A stretch of 64,000 bases of DNA from an uncultured bacterium (GTDB lineage Bacteria; Acidobacteriota; Thermoanaerobaculia; Multivoradales; JAHZIX01). Numbering within the stretch: position 1 is the first letter of the stretch; each line of letters begins with the position of its first letter. Shown piece after piece: positions 9,488 through 19,004 of this stretch. The stretch spans positions 96,001-160,000 of the forward strand of contig CBDUPA010000004.1 of NCBI GenBank assembly GCA_965368975.1, in the 5' to 3' direction. Both the position numbers and the translations under genes were made by a program. The notes under the pieces are model-generated. The model did not search any database and had not been told where the DNA came from. It was given only the letters and a program-made list of their open reading frames with translations.

Positions 9488-10875
9488 GCCTTGGTCTCCG
9501 ATGCCTTCGTCTCCGGGCGTGGCGCGGGCTTTGGAGCCTGACGCGCGCGCAGCTGACCTTTGGCCACCCGGATCAGCTGCACGATCGGGATGTTCGATGG
9601 ACAGGCGAAGCTGCAGGAGCCGCACTCGACGCAGTCCAGGGTGTGCAGGTCGGCGAGCTCGTCGAGCCGGCCGACGCGCGCCAGGCGTGCCAGGCGCGAC
9701 GGATTCAGATACTGCGGGCAGGCCTCGACGCAGCGGCCGCAGCGAATGCAGGCATACTCCTTGGCCAGGCGGGCGGTCTCTTCGGTGAACGCCAGGATAC
9801 CAGAGGTGCCCTTGAGCACCGGTACATCCAGGCTGGCCAGCGGCATGCCCATCATCGGCCCGCCCATGACCACCTCGCGCACCTGCGACTCTAGCCCGCC
9901 GCAGTGGTCGAGCAGCGCACGCACCGGCGTGCCCACCGGCACCAGCAGGTTGGCGGGACGGCGCACGCCCGGGCCGGCGACGGTGACGACACGCTCGATC
10001 AGCGGCACGCCATGATCGAACCAGCTGGCCAGAGCAGCCATGGTGGCGACGTTGTTGACCAGCATCTCGACGTCCAGCGGCAACTTGCCCGCCGGCACCT
10101 CGACGCCGAAGATGGCCTCGATCAGCATCTTCTCGGCGCCCTGCGGGTACTTGACCTCCAGCGGTACCACGCGCACCGGCACCCCGCCGAGGTGGTTGTC
10201 GGCGGCGGCCAGCTCGCCGCGCAGCGTGTCGAGGGCGTCCGGCTTGTTGAGCTCGACGCCGATCACCGCTTCCTCGACGCCCAGCCGCTGTGCCAGGATC
10301 TCGATGCCGCGCAGGATCTGCCGTGGCTGCTCCACCATCAGCCGGTGGTCGGCGGTCAGGTAGGGTTCGCACTCGCAGCCGTTGATCACTAGGTGACGCA
10401 AGCGCTTGCCCTCGGGTAGGCGGTACTTGACGTGCGACGGAAAGGCGGCGCCGCCCATGCCCACCAGGCCGGCATCCTGGACCTGCTGCACGAACTCGTC
10501 GGCACTCAGTTCCTGCCAGGGGATCGCTGGACCTTCGGGCGGCTGCTGGTCGGCGAAGGGATCGGCGTCGATCACCAGCGCCGGCTTCCACTGGCCAGCG
10601 GGATGATGACGCGGACCCAGTGCACGGACGCGGCCGGTGACCGGGCTGTGCAGGGTGGTGGAGACGAAGCCGTCGGCGGCCGCCACCGGCTGACCGCGCC
10701 GGACCTCCTCGCCCGGCTGCACCAGCGGTCGCGCGGGAGCGCCGGCGTGCTGCGACAAGGGCAGGACGTAGCTGTCCACAAACGGCATGCGCTCGATGCG
10801 CAGGTGTTCGGTGGCGTCCTTGTGTTCCTGTGGATGGATGCCGTGACGGAAGGTGCGCACCGGCACGCTGCTCAT
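9484..10875 (-). CDS. rnfC: Rnf complex subunit C
   Basis: GLVGMGGAAFP; NGCECEPY; KYPQGAEK; MGGPMMG; two CxxCxxCxxxCP motifs. Confidence 0.95.
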   Translation of the reverse strand: MSSVPVRTFRHGIHPQEHKDATEHLRIERMPFVDSYVLPLSQHAGAPARPLVQPGEEVRRGQPVAAADGFVSTTLHSPVTGRVRALGPRHHPAGQWKPALVIDADPFADQQPPEGPAIPWQELSADEFVQQVQDAGLVGMGGAAFPSHVKYRLPEGKRLRHLVINGCECEPYLTADHRLMVEQPRQILRGIEILAQRLGVEEAVIGVELNKPDALDTLRGELAAADNHLGGVPVRVVPLEVKYPQGAEKMLIEAIFGVEVPAGKLPLDVEMLVNNVATMAALASWFDHGVPLIERVVTVAGPGVRRPANLLVPVGTPVRALLDHCGGLESQVREVVMGGPMMGMPLASLDVPVLKGTSGILAFTEETARLAKEYACIRCGRCVEACPQYLNPSRLARLARVGRLDELADLHTLDCVECGSCSFACPSNIPIVQLIRVAKGQLRARQAPKPAPRPETKASETKA

Positions 10876-13800
10876 GATGCCTCCTCGCCTTCCAGCATCA
10901 GGCTGAGGAAGCGTTGCTTGATGCGCTCGGCGGTGCTGCGCTGCCAGGCTTCGTGTCGCAGGGGGTCATCGGCACCATCTGCAGTGCCGGCATCCTGGGC
11001 CGCACCTTGTACGCTCTCCGCCGGGCCGCTCAGCCGGTGCAGCAGCCGCGACGTCGTCAGCTGTTGCTGCAGCGCCGCGGTCAGCTCCGGGGTCGGCTGC
11101 TGCTCTGCGAAGTAAGCCGCAAAGCGCTGCTGGCGCTGGGCCCAGTGCACGGCGGCTTGCAAGGTCTCGTCAGCCTCCAGATCACCATTCTCCGTGCTCG
11201 CGTGCAGCCGCAGCGTCGAGAACGGGCCTGAGAACACCGGGCCTGGGGACAATGCCGAGCCCGGGCCGGCCTCGCGTTGGAAGAGAGGAAAGACGCGCGA
11301 GGTGACGGCTTCCCGGGCTCGGCAGAGGGTTTCCTCGGGGGCAAAACCGTGCCGCGAGGGGCTCGGCGCATAGAGGCGTAGGACGGCGGTTCCGGGGTGG
11401 CGCAACACCGTCTCGACGCTGGCCACCAGGTGTTGCGGATGGGCGATCGACGTCTGCGCCAGCGCCGTGTGCGCGCGGCCGAGTAGCAGCGGCATGGGGT
11501 CGAGATCGATGGATTGCGGCGGCTGCAAGGTGTCGTGGTCGGTGGCCGGCAGGCCGAGGCGGAGGTCGGCCAGGAGTAGTAGCTTGATCGGGGCGTCGAT
11601 GGACTGCAGCGCCAGCAGAGCCTCGAACTCGCCCGGCCGCAGCGAAGCTTCGGCGGCGAGCACGAAGAGCGGCGGACACAGGTGACGTTCGTCTGAACTC
11701 AGCTGCTGCCAGGGCAGCGAGAGGGGAATCGGGTCGTCCATCTTCACCGTGGACGCATCATCGAGCAGCGTGCGGGCATGGCGCAGCAGGGCCGCGACCT
11801 CACCGGTGCGGGTCATCTGGGCTTCGGCCACGCCGCGTGCCAGTGCCGCTACCTCGCCAGGGCCAGCGAAGCTGACCGCGGAGGCGAAGACGTTGTACGG
11901 GAAGCGGCCGCTCCACTCGGCCAGGCTGCCGGCGGCGACCACCGCACTCCAGGGGACCGGCGCTCGACGCCACCGGTCCGCGAAGTCGGCGAGTTGGCGT
12001 GCCGCGGTGACCAGGCGGCGCAAGTGTGGGATGTCGACCTGCGGCTGCTCCAGCGCTGCCTCGACTTTGGCGCTCAGCTGCGCCAGTTCGGCCTGGGGCG
12101 CGGCCAGGGCGTCGAGCCCGCGGGCCAGGGCGTCGAGGTCGCTGTCTGGCAGGGCACCTTCGAGTGTCCGGTGGATGGCGGCCGCTAGCTCGTCGCGCAA
12201 CTCGTCTAGCTGCTCGTTCCACTGCCTGCGACGCGGCAGCAAGCAGGCGCTGGCGGCACCCAGGACCTGCCGCACGGCGATTGCCTCGCCGCTACCCGCC
12301 TCGGCACCCGTGGCGGCCAGGATCCGGCGGTGGTCGGCGGGCAGCAGGGCGGCGGCCAATGGATCGAGTCGTGGCTCGAGCGCGGGCTGTTCGAGCGTGG
12401 ACTGAGCGAGCGCGTCGGTGTTGAGTGGCGGTAGTGTGTTCAGCAGGTCGACGCGCGTGCGTTCGAGGCTGGCGCGCCCGGCGTCCAGTGGCGCGGCGTT
12501 CAACGCCTCGGGCTTGCAGGCGGCGATGCACAGCCCGCAGGCGGTGCAGGCATCCGGGTCGATAGCGAGGCTGAACAGCTGTGGCTTGGGTATGCCTTCG
12601 AAGAATGGGGCGTCGAAGAAGCGGGCGGTGCGACCGAGCTGGAGCGTGGCGACCTCGTCGCGCAAATGAGGGAAGGCTTCGCGGATCAACTGCTTGCGCT
12701 CGGCGGGCAGCGGGGAAGTCTCGAGCACGCTGCCGAGGGCGGCGTCGAGCAGCGGGCCGGCGGTCGCGCCCGGGTTCGTTTCCGTGCCGGGGTTCTCGCG
12801 CAGCGCCGTTTCCAGGCCGCTGGCGAGGGCGCCGAGCACCATGCGCAGGGGCGTCACCGGTTTGCCGGCTTCGCTGGCCCGGCGCAGTCCCAGCTCGAGC
12901 AGGGCCTTGGCGGAGAAGACGGCCGGGTGGATCGCGGCTTCCGGACAGACGCTCCAGCAGGCACCGCTACCGGTGCAGCGCGACGAGTCGAGAGCCGGCA
13001 GACGGTCGGGGAGCCGGGGTGGTCGCAGGCTGGCGCTCAGCGGTGGTTCGAGTCCCAGGGCCAGGTAGGGGTCGGGAATCAGGTCAGGCGTCGCGATGCG
13101 GCTGCGGAAGTCTGGCAAGGGACTGTCGTCCTGGTCCTGGTGAGGGCTGTGCTGGTGCAGGCGACGCGCGGCGGCTGGCAGTGCCGTGGTGGCCGCGGGT
13201 TCGGTCGTGGTGGCACGCAGGCCGAGCGGGGCGGCGTCGGGGTAGGAACGCAGCAGGGCGTCGATGGTCGCTTGCCGCTTGGGGTGAGCCTGGAGGTCCG
13301 GCGCCAGATCGAGGCCGAGGAAGCGCGGGATCGCCGCGGCAGCTTCCGTCGCCGGCCGTGAGCTACGCTTGCGCTTGCCGTTCGTCGTCGCACGGCTCTG
13401 CAGCAGCCGTCGGACGAGCTGTTCCAGGTCGGCAGCCTGCAGCGCCGTGCCGCCGAGGCCGTAGAGCACGCTGTGCAGGGTGGGGGCGTCGGCGGCGCGG
13501 GAACCCCTCTCATGAACCCCGCCCAGCACCCTACCCACCGCCGCTTGCAGCTGTTGGGTCAGGGGACCCTCGAGGGTCGCGGTCACTGGCGTACGTTCGA
13601 GCACCGCTACGTGAGCAACGCCTGCCTGTGCCGCTGCGGTCAGAGCCTCGACCATCTCCGCGTCCGGGAAGGGGCTGAGCAGGTGCAGGCCGAGTACGCC
13701 GAGCCGGACACGTTCCTTGGCAGGGCGCTCCGCTAGATGATCCGCCAGCGCGCGCGCGCCCGCGATCGCCGTGCCCATCGCCACCACCGCGACCTCGGCG

Positions 13801-14621
13801 TCCTCGAGTCGGTATCGACTCACCGGGCCGTGGTCGCGGCCGGTCCGCTCGGCCAGCCGCTGGCAGGCCCGGTCGAAGGCGGGGCGCAGCCCTGGCCGCA
13901 GGTAGACGGAGCGTGCGGCTACAGCGGCGGCGAAGCTCTCGGCGCTGGCGGGACCGGCGGCGGCGGTCGGCTGCTCGCTGTCGTGCCAGCGCGGTACCCG
14001 CCGTCGATGGCGACCGAAGATCAGTCGCTGGGCCTCGTCCGGCGGATGGATGAGCTCCTCGGGGCGCCCTAGCAGTTCGCGCAGCAGAGCGGCGGCCGGC
14101 AGTTCGACGTCGACCGGCTGGCGGGCGATCTCAGGGTCGAGGGCGATCACCACGGGGGTCAGGGCTTGCTCGGCCAGCTGTCGCCCGAGCACGGCGAAGT
14201 CGATCACTTGCTGGGTGTCGGCCGCGACCAAGGTCACCGCGCCACTGCCGGCCGCGGCATGCCAGGAGTGATGACCGGCGGCGGTGGGCGCAACGTCCGT
14301 GCCACCCGGTTCCAGGCCCAGGTAGGCCAGCAGCGGTAGACTTTGAGACGCTGCGGCGGCCAGCGAGGCTCGATCCGAGCCGTGGGGATCGAGGACGGCG
14401 GTGGCCCGACGGCCGCCCAGGGCGAGACCGACGGCGCGGGCCAGATCTGCCGGGCCATGGCTCGCTTCGGGCGCCACCGCGGCTTCCATCAGGGCCACCG
14501 CGGCAGCGCCGTCCAGCCTGCGCGGTAGTCCTTCGGCGAGCGGGATGTGGTTCGTCGTCGGGTCGAGCCCGAGCAGGCGACGGACCCAGGGGCGGCGCAG
14601 TGCGGCGTTCCAATCAGGCAT
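10872..14621 (-). CDS. Degenerate pyruvate:ferredoxin oxidoreductase (PFOR/NifJ)-like Fe-S protein, probably non-catalytic
   Basis: PFOR domain II (YRLEDAEVAVVAMG...LSPFP...YGLGG), ferredoxin motifs CTGSGACWSVCP and CTACGLCIAAC, and a beta-domain remnant (AVTSRVFPLF). YPITP, GDG and the beta-domain cysteines are absent. Start MPDWN at 14621. Confidence 0.8.
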   Translation of the reverse strand: MPDWNAALRRPWVRRLLGLDPTTNHIPLAEGLPRRLDGAAAVALMEAAVAPEASHGPADLARAVGLALGGRRATAVLDPHGSDRASLAAAASQSLPLLAYLGLEPGGTDVAPTAAGHHSWHAAAGSGAVTLVAADTQQVIDFAVLGRQLAEQALTPVVIALDPEIARQPVDVELPAAALLRELLGRPEELIHPPDEAQRLIFGRHRRRVPRWHDSEQPTAAAGPASAESFAAAVAARSVYLRPGLRPAFDRACQRLAERTGRDHGPVSRYRLEDAEVAVVAMGTAIAGARALADHLAERPAKERVRLGVLGLHLLSPFPDAEMVEALTAAAQAGVAHVAVLERTPVTATLEGPLTQQLQAAVGRVLGGVHERGSRAADAPTLHSVLYGLGGTALQAADLEQLVRRLLQSRATTNGKRKRSSRPATEAAAAIPRFLGLDLAPDLQAHPKRQATIDALLRSYPDAAPLGLRATTTEPAATTALPAAARRLHQHSPHQDQDDSPLPDFRSRIATPDLIPDPYLALGLEPPLSASLRPPRLPDRLPALDSSRCTGSGACWSVCPEAAIHPAVFSAKALLELGLRRASEAGKPVTPLRMVLGALASGLETALRENPGTETNPGATAGPLLDAALGSVLETSPLPAERKQLIREAFPHLRDEVATLQLGRTARFFDAPFFEGIPKPQLFSLAIDPDACTACGLCIAACKPEALNAAPLDAGRASLERTRVDLLNTLPPLNTDALAQSTLEQPALEPRLDPLAAALLPADHRRILAATGAEAGSGEAIAVRQVLGAASACLLPRRRQWNEQLDELRDELAAAIHRTLEGALPDSDLDALARGLDALAAPQAELAQLSAKVEAALEQPQVDIPHLRRLVTAARQLADFADRWRRAPVPWSAVVAAGSLAEWSGRFPYNVFASAVSFAGPGEVAALARGVAEAQMTRTGEVAALLRHARTLLDDASTVKMDDPIPLSLPWQQLSSDERHLCPPLFVLAAEASLRPGEFEALLALQSIDAPIKLLLLADLRLGLPATDHDTLQPPQSIDLDPMPLLLGRAHTALAQTSIAHPQHLVASVETVLRHPGTAVLRLYAPSPSRHGFAPEETLCRAREAVTSRVFPLFQREAGPGSALSPGPVFSGPFSTLRLHASTENGDLEADETLQAAVHWAQRQQRFAAYFAEQQPTPELTAALQQQLTTSRLLHRLSGPAESVQGAAQDAGTADGADDPLRHEAWQRSTAERIKQRFLSLMLEGEEAS

Positions 14622-15486
14622 GGGCTCCGACCTCCTCCCGCGGAGCTTGCGGTGGTGGCTCGACCTCCTGCAGTTCCAGGAACTGTGCCCCCTCGACCCA
14701 GCGGATAGCGCCGGTGGGGCAGCGCCAGGTCGCCGCTGGCGTCGCCGGGCCGCCGGCACCGTAGTCCACCACGGGCAAGCCGTCCTGCATGCGGATCAGG
14801 CCAGCCGGTGCGTCCTGGGCGCAGCGGCCGCAGGCGTCGCAGGCCACGGTGCACAGGCGGCGGGCCTGCTCGGCCTCGAGCGGCGCTCGGCACTGCACGA
14901 TCAGGTGGTGCGACAGCGGCAGGATCTCGAACAGGTCGCGTGGGCAGGCGTCGACGCAATCACCGCAGGCGGTGCACTTGTCGACATCGACCTCCGGCAG
15001 CTTCCAGGCGTTCATGTGGATGGCCCCGAAGGTGCAGGCGACGTCGCAGTCCGCGTGCCCCAGGCATCCCCACGAACACTCCAGGCCGCCGCCGCCCACC
15101 AGGTGCGCGGCGCGGCAGGAGTCGAAACCCTGGTAGGCCGCGACTTGCAGGGCACGGCCGACGCCACCGGCGCAGTGCAGGCGGGCGACGCGCTTCTCTT
15201 CGGCGCCGACCTCGATGCCCAGCAGGGCCGCGATGGCGTCCAGCTGTGGCCGGGTCGACACCGTGCACTTCGAGGGAGCCACGTCACCGTGCAGCAGTTT
15301 CTCGGCCAGGCCACGACAGCCGGGTTCGCCGCAGGCGCCGCAATTGGTGCCGGGCAGCATCTCGACCACCGCTTCCAGTCGTGGATCTTCCTCCACCGCC
15401 AGGAAGCGATGCGCCAGCGCCAGGGCGAGCCCGAAGGCCAGGCCGAGGCCCGCCATGATCGCCGCCGCTGTCAGCATTCCCGACAT
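14614..15486 (-). CDS. rnfB: Rnf complex subunit B
   Basis: N-terminal TM helix; LPGTNCGACGEPGC; CSWGCLGHADCDVAC; CTACGDCVDACP; CDACGRC...RCPTGAI. Start MSGML at 15486. Confidence 0.92.
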   Translation of the reverse strand: MSGMLTAAAIMAGLGLAFGLALALAHRFLAVEEDPRLEAVVEMLPGTNCGACGEPGCRGLAEKLLHGDVAPSKCTVSTRPQLDAIAALLGIEVGAEEKRVARLHCAGGVGRALQVAAYQGFDSCRAAHLVGGGGLECSWGCLGHADCDVACTFGAIHMNAWKLPEVDVDKCTACGDCVDACPRDLFEILPLSHHLIVQCRAPLEAEQARRLCTVACDACGRCAQDAPAGLIRMQDGLPVVDYGAGGPATPAATWRCPTGAIRWVEGAQFLELQEVEPPPQAPREEVGAHA

Positions 15487-15502
15487 CGTGACCTCCTGGC
15501 CC

Positions 15503-18037
15503 CTACTGGAAAGGCTGCGCGCGGCGCACCCATTCTTCGAGGCCCGGCTCGTCGGGGTCGAGCGGGGTACCCGGGTGGATGATCTTTGCCGTACAGCGTT
15601 CGGCGGCCTTGACCAGCTGCTGGAAGGTGCCGGCGCTGGCGTCCGCAATGTAGGCCTGCTTGTTCTCGTCGTAGGCGAACATCGCGGAGTTGATCTGAAT
15701 GCACTCGTTGCAGCTCGTGCACAGGGGAGAGTCGATGTAGGCCTCGAGTGTGGCGGTGTTGGCCTTGGAGGGGGCGACGGGGGGAGCGCTCGGGTTTGGC
15801 TTGCTCGGGGTTGGCTCCTTCGATTCGCTCGGAGCCGGAGCCGTCTCGGTGGCTTTGGGCTCGGCGAGCGGGACGGCCGCCCGGGATGCCGACGACGCTG
15901 GAAACGACGCAGCCGAGGCGGAGGGGGTGGCTTCGCGCAGCAAGGCGGTGGTGAGACGCTCGGCGAGCTGCTCGGCGGTTTGTCGGCGACCGCGCGCCAG
16001 CTCGTCGGCGTGCTGTGCTTCGAGGCGTGCGCGCTCGTCGCGGCGGGCCAGCTCGACCGCGCGCTCCACGTACTCGCTGCGCGTGCCGGCCATCTCCTGC
16101 AGCGTGCGCCAGTAGTCCAGGCGATCACGGCAGGTGGTGGCCAGGGTGCGGGGAACCAGGGCTCGCCGCAGCGTGCTGTCCGCGTCCACTACCCAGACGA
16201 ACGGCAGACGCCGCAGTGCGTCTTCTTCGTCCAGCGTCAGCCAGGACGCCAGCTCCAGGAGGGCGTCGTCGTGGCAGCCGGCGGGTAGCAGCCGCAGGCG
16301 GCGGGCCACGGCCGGGTCGAGGAGCGCGAAGTCGACGTAGGTGAAGGTCAACCGCAGCTGGTCCTCTTCGCCCTGCGTGTCCACCACCGCCAGGTCGTAC
16401 GCTGGCCAGTCTTGCTCAGCGGCCGGATTGCCTCCGAAGTCCATGCGCTGAGCCCAGCTGGTGCCCGCTTCCGGGTCATAGAGGAAGAGCGGGTGGGCAC
16501 GGCCGTCCAGGGCACCACCGCTGCACAGCCAAGGAGGAAGGTCTGCGGCCGCGACCGGCGACGTGCCGATCACGTGCAGGGCGGTGCGGTGGCGCTCGGC
16601 GGCCCGCAGGAAGCCGTGGATGCTGTGCAGGGGACGCAGGGCCAGGGTTTGATGTACCAGCGCCTCGCGGTGGCTGAGGCCGAAGTAGGCGAGCTCGAGG
16701 CGGAAGCCTTCCCAGGTCTCGGCAGGGAATGGCTCTTGAGAAGAGGGCTCGGGCGCCTGCAGGTGGCTGCGACGACTCGGGTCGACCTCGACCAGGATCT
16801 GGATCGGGCGTCCGGAGAGCAGCAGCTGCGACAGCGACGCCAGAGTGCTGCCGTCGAGCTGCTCGGCGTCGAGACGGACCGCCAGCGCCGGCAGCAGGCG
16901 GGCCTCCTCGTCCGAGAAGGCGCGCCAGTCGAAGTGCCGCAGCCAGGGCGTGTGGATCTCGCTCTCGTAGTCACCGGCCAGTTCCAGGCGAGCGGTGCGA
17001 GCGGCGCGCAGGATGCGCGTCAGTCGGGACGCCTCGCGATCAAAGGCGGCGGCGGCGGCGCCGCATGGGTCGTCGGCCCGTTGCACGGCCCAACCGGCGG
17101 TCTCGGTCAACGGGGGGGGCTGCGCCGAGGCTTGCGCTGACACGAAGAGCCTCGGCGGCGATGGCTCGCTGAACTCGAGCAGCGCGGCGTGAGTGTCCTC
17201 CAGTCGCTGGCGACGGCCGTGATCGTTCGCGCTGTGTCCCTCGTGCTCATGAGCCAGACGCTGGTGCAGAGCGCTGGTGTCCAGGAAGCGCGTTCCGAAG
17301 GCGCCGAGTGCGCCTTCTTCGTCATGCTTGCCGTTGTCGGCGTCGCCGGTCGCACCAGCGTTGCCGTTCGCGCCGGCCTCGCCGCTACGCCGGCGCGCTT
17401 CGGCGAGCAGACCGGCCAGCTTCTCTACCCAGCCGCGCACCTGCAGGCGCAGGCGGGCCCAGGTCGCTACCTGGCGCTGCTGCAGTACGGCCCGCAACAG
17501 GTGCAACGGAACCTCGTCGTCGGCCCCGAGCCAGACACCGTCCTCGGGTACGGCCTCGAGCAAGCGCTGCAGATCAGCCTGTAGCTGCTCGCGGACCGCC
17601 GCCGCAGGATCCAAGTCTTGCACCATGGTGTCCGCCGCGCTCCGCAGTAGCGGCCTGGCGGCGGTGGGTTGTGGCAGTAGCAGGTCAGCCATGTAGCGTT
17701 CCAGGCGTTGCACGTTGTCGCGCAGCGGGCCGGCGCTGATGCCGGCGTGGCGCAGCGCCCGCCCCAGCAGTTCGGCGGGCGACAGGCAGAGGATCGGCTC
17801 GCTGCTCTCTTCACCCGCCGCGGCCAGGAAGAGTGGGAAATCGCTGCGCAGCTGGACACCGTGGCGGAAGGGGCTGAACAGGGCCGGCCAGCAGGCCGTG
17901 GCCGGGTCGCCCGGCTCGGCCAGGGTCGGAGCCTCGTCGGAGAGGCCGAGGTGGAACGCACGCAGCGCGCGCACCTGGGTACGCTCGAGCGTCTCCTGGT
18001 CGGCGGGTAGCGTTGGTTTCAAGTTGGCAGCATCCAT
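15503..18037 (-). CDS. Large protein with degenerate PFOR beta-like domain and C-terminal ferredoxin
   Basis: LSQLLLSGRPIQILV...GRAHPLFLYDPEAG...GNPAAEQDW resembles the PFOR C-terminal domain without the TPP motif. An A/P/S/E linker leads to YIDSPLCTSCNEC...ERCTAKIIHPG. Confidence 0.75.
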   Translation of the reverse strand: MDAANLKPTLPADQETLERTQVRALRAFHLGLSDEAPTLAEPGDPATACWPALFSPFRHGVQLRSDFPLFLAAAGEESSEPILCLSPAELLGRALRHAGISAGPLRDNVQRLERYMADLLLPQPTAARPLLRSAADTMVQDLDPAAAVREQLQADLQRLLEAVPEDGVWLGADDEVPLHLLRAVLQQRQVATWARLRLQVRGWVEKLAGLLAEARRRSGEAGANGNAGATGDADNGKHDEEGALGAFGTRFLDTSALHQRLAHEHEGHSANDHGRRQRLEDTHAALLEFSEPSPPRLFVSAQASAQPPPLTETAGWAVQRADDPCGAAAAAFDREASRLTRILRAARTARLELAGDYESEIHTPWLRHFDWRAFSDEEARLLPALAVRLDAEQLDGSTLASLSQLLLSGRPIQILVEVDPSRRSHLQAPEPSSQEPFPAETWEGFRLELAYFGLSHREALVHQTLALRPLHSIHGFLRAAERHRTALHVIGTSPVAAADLPPWLCSGGALDGRAHPLFLYDPEAGTSWAQRMDFGGNPAAEQDWPAYDLAVVDTQGEEDQLRLTFTYVDFALLDPAVARRLRLLPAGCHDDALLELASWLTLDEEDALRRLPFVWVVDADSTLRRALVPRTLATTCRDRLDYWRTLQEMAGTRSEYVERAVELARRDERARLEAQHADELARGRRQTAEQLAERLTTALLREATPSASAASFPASSASRAAVPLAEPKATETAPAPSESKEPTPSKPNPSAPPVAPSKANTATLEAYIDSPLCTSCNECIQINSAMFAYDENKQAYIADASAGTFQQLVKAAERCTAKIIHPGTPLDPDEPGLEEWVRRAQPFQ

Positions 18038-18050
18038 CGCGTCTTTCCAC

Positions 18051-19004
18051 TCAGATGACGAACTTGTCGAGAACGCGCTCCAGCCCTTCGAGTTTCTCGG
18101 TCTGGCTCATGTCGAGCCCGCGCACGGTGGTCTCGTCGTAACAGGGCGCTTGTGCGTTGCGGTACAGGAGGCCGATCGATACCGGATCGGTACCCTCCGC
18201 GTAGCGGCGGGCGGCTTCCAGGTCCGCGGGGTCGTGTTCAGCCTTCTTCTTGTATAGCCGCCCGACCGGCTCGTCGACCGGGATGCCGTCTTCGTGGACC
18301 AGCAGTTGCAAGCGATCTGGGTCGTTGCGTAGCTCCAGCAACACGTCGTCGGTGTAGGTGGGGCAGCGCTGCAGGATGTGGACGAAGGCGAGGCCCGGAT
18401 GGTCGGCGGCCAGGCGCAGGGTCTGGTAGAGGTGCATCGGATTCCAGTCGACGCTGCGCGCGACGAAGGAGACGTTGCACAAGCCGAGCGCGACCAGCGC
18501 CGGATTGAGCGGCGGCAACAGGGCACCGCCGGGGTGGGTGTTGGTGTGGTACCCGATTGGCGTGGTGGGCGAAGTCTGCTTCTTGGTCAGGCCGTAGATG
18601 TTGTTGTCGAACAGCATCACCGTCATGCGGCAGTTGTAGCGCAGCGCGTGCACCCAGTGGCCAGCGCCGATCGAGCAGCAGTCGCCGTCGCCGGTGGCGA
18701 CGAAGATGTGCAGATCGGGCCGACGGCTGCGAATACCCGCGGCCACTGGCAGCGGCCGGCCGTGCAGACCGTGGAAGCCGTAGGAGTGCATGTAGTGGGG
18801 GAAGCGACTCGAGCAGCCGATGCCGGACACCGCCACCAGCTTCTCGGGTGGGATCTGCTGGTCACGGCAGATGCGCTGCACCGCGGATAGCACCGCGTGG
18901 TCGCCGCAGGCCGGGCACCAGCGTGCTACGCCGCCGTCGTAGTTCTCGAGGGTGAAGTAGCGGTCGGGGACCTCGAAGGCCCAGTCGCTGTTCATGCCGA
19001 ACAT
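18051..19004 (-). CDS. korB: 2-oxoacid:ferredoxin oxidoreductase beta subunit
   Basis: WCPACGD; SGIGCSS; TPP motif GDGD...DNNIYGLTKKQTSPT; CPTY. Confidence 0.93.
   Translation of the reverse strand: MFGMNSDWAFEVPDRYFTLENYDGGVARWCPACGDHAVLSAVQRICRDQQIPPEKLVAVSGIGCSSRFPHYMHSYGFHGLHGRPLPVAAGIRSRRPDLHIFVATGDGDCCSIGAGHWVHALRYNCRMTVMLFDNNIYGLTKKQTSPTTPIGYHTNTHPGGALLPPLNPALVALGLCNVSFVARSVDWNPMHLYQTLRLAADHPGLAFVHILQRCPTYTDDVLLELRNDPDRLQLLVHEDGIPVDEPVGRLYKKKAEHDPADLEAARRYAEGTDPVSIGLLYRNAQAPCYDETTVRGLDMSQTEKLEGLERVLDKFVI

Noticed and set aside
8483-10591. 702-aa ORF suggesting an N-terminally extended RnfD
   Set aside because: The extension overlaps rnfC out of frame and reads as R/G/A-rich shadow sequence. 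The real start is the ATGA overlap at 9487.
10872-14621. Pseudogene call for the degenerate PFOR
   Set aside because: No stops or frameshifts over 3.75 kb, coupling to both neighbours and retained Fe-S cysteines argue for a translated protein.
14614-16128. 504-aa ORF suggesting an RnfB fusion
   Set aside because: The upstream part is an alternate frame of the 844-aa gene. RnfB starts at 15486 after a GGAGG SD.
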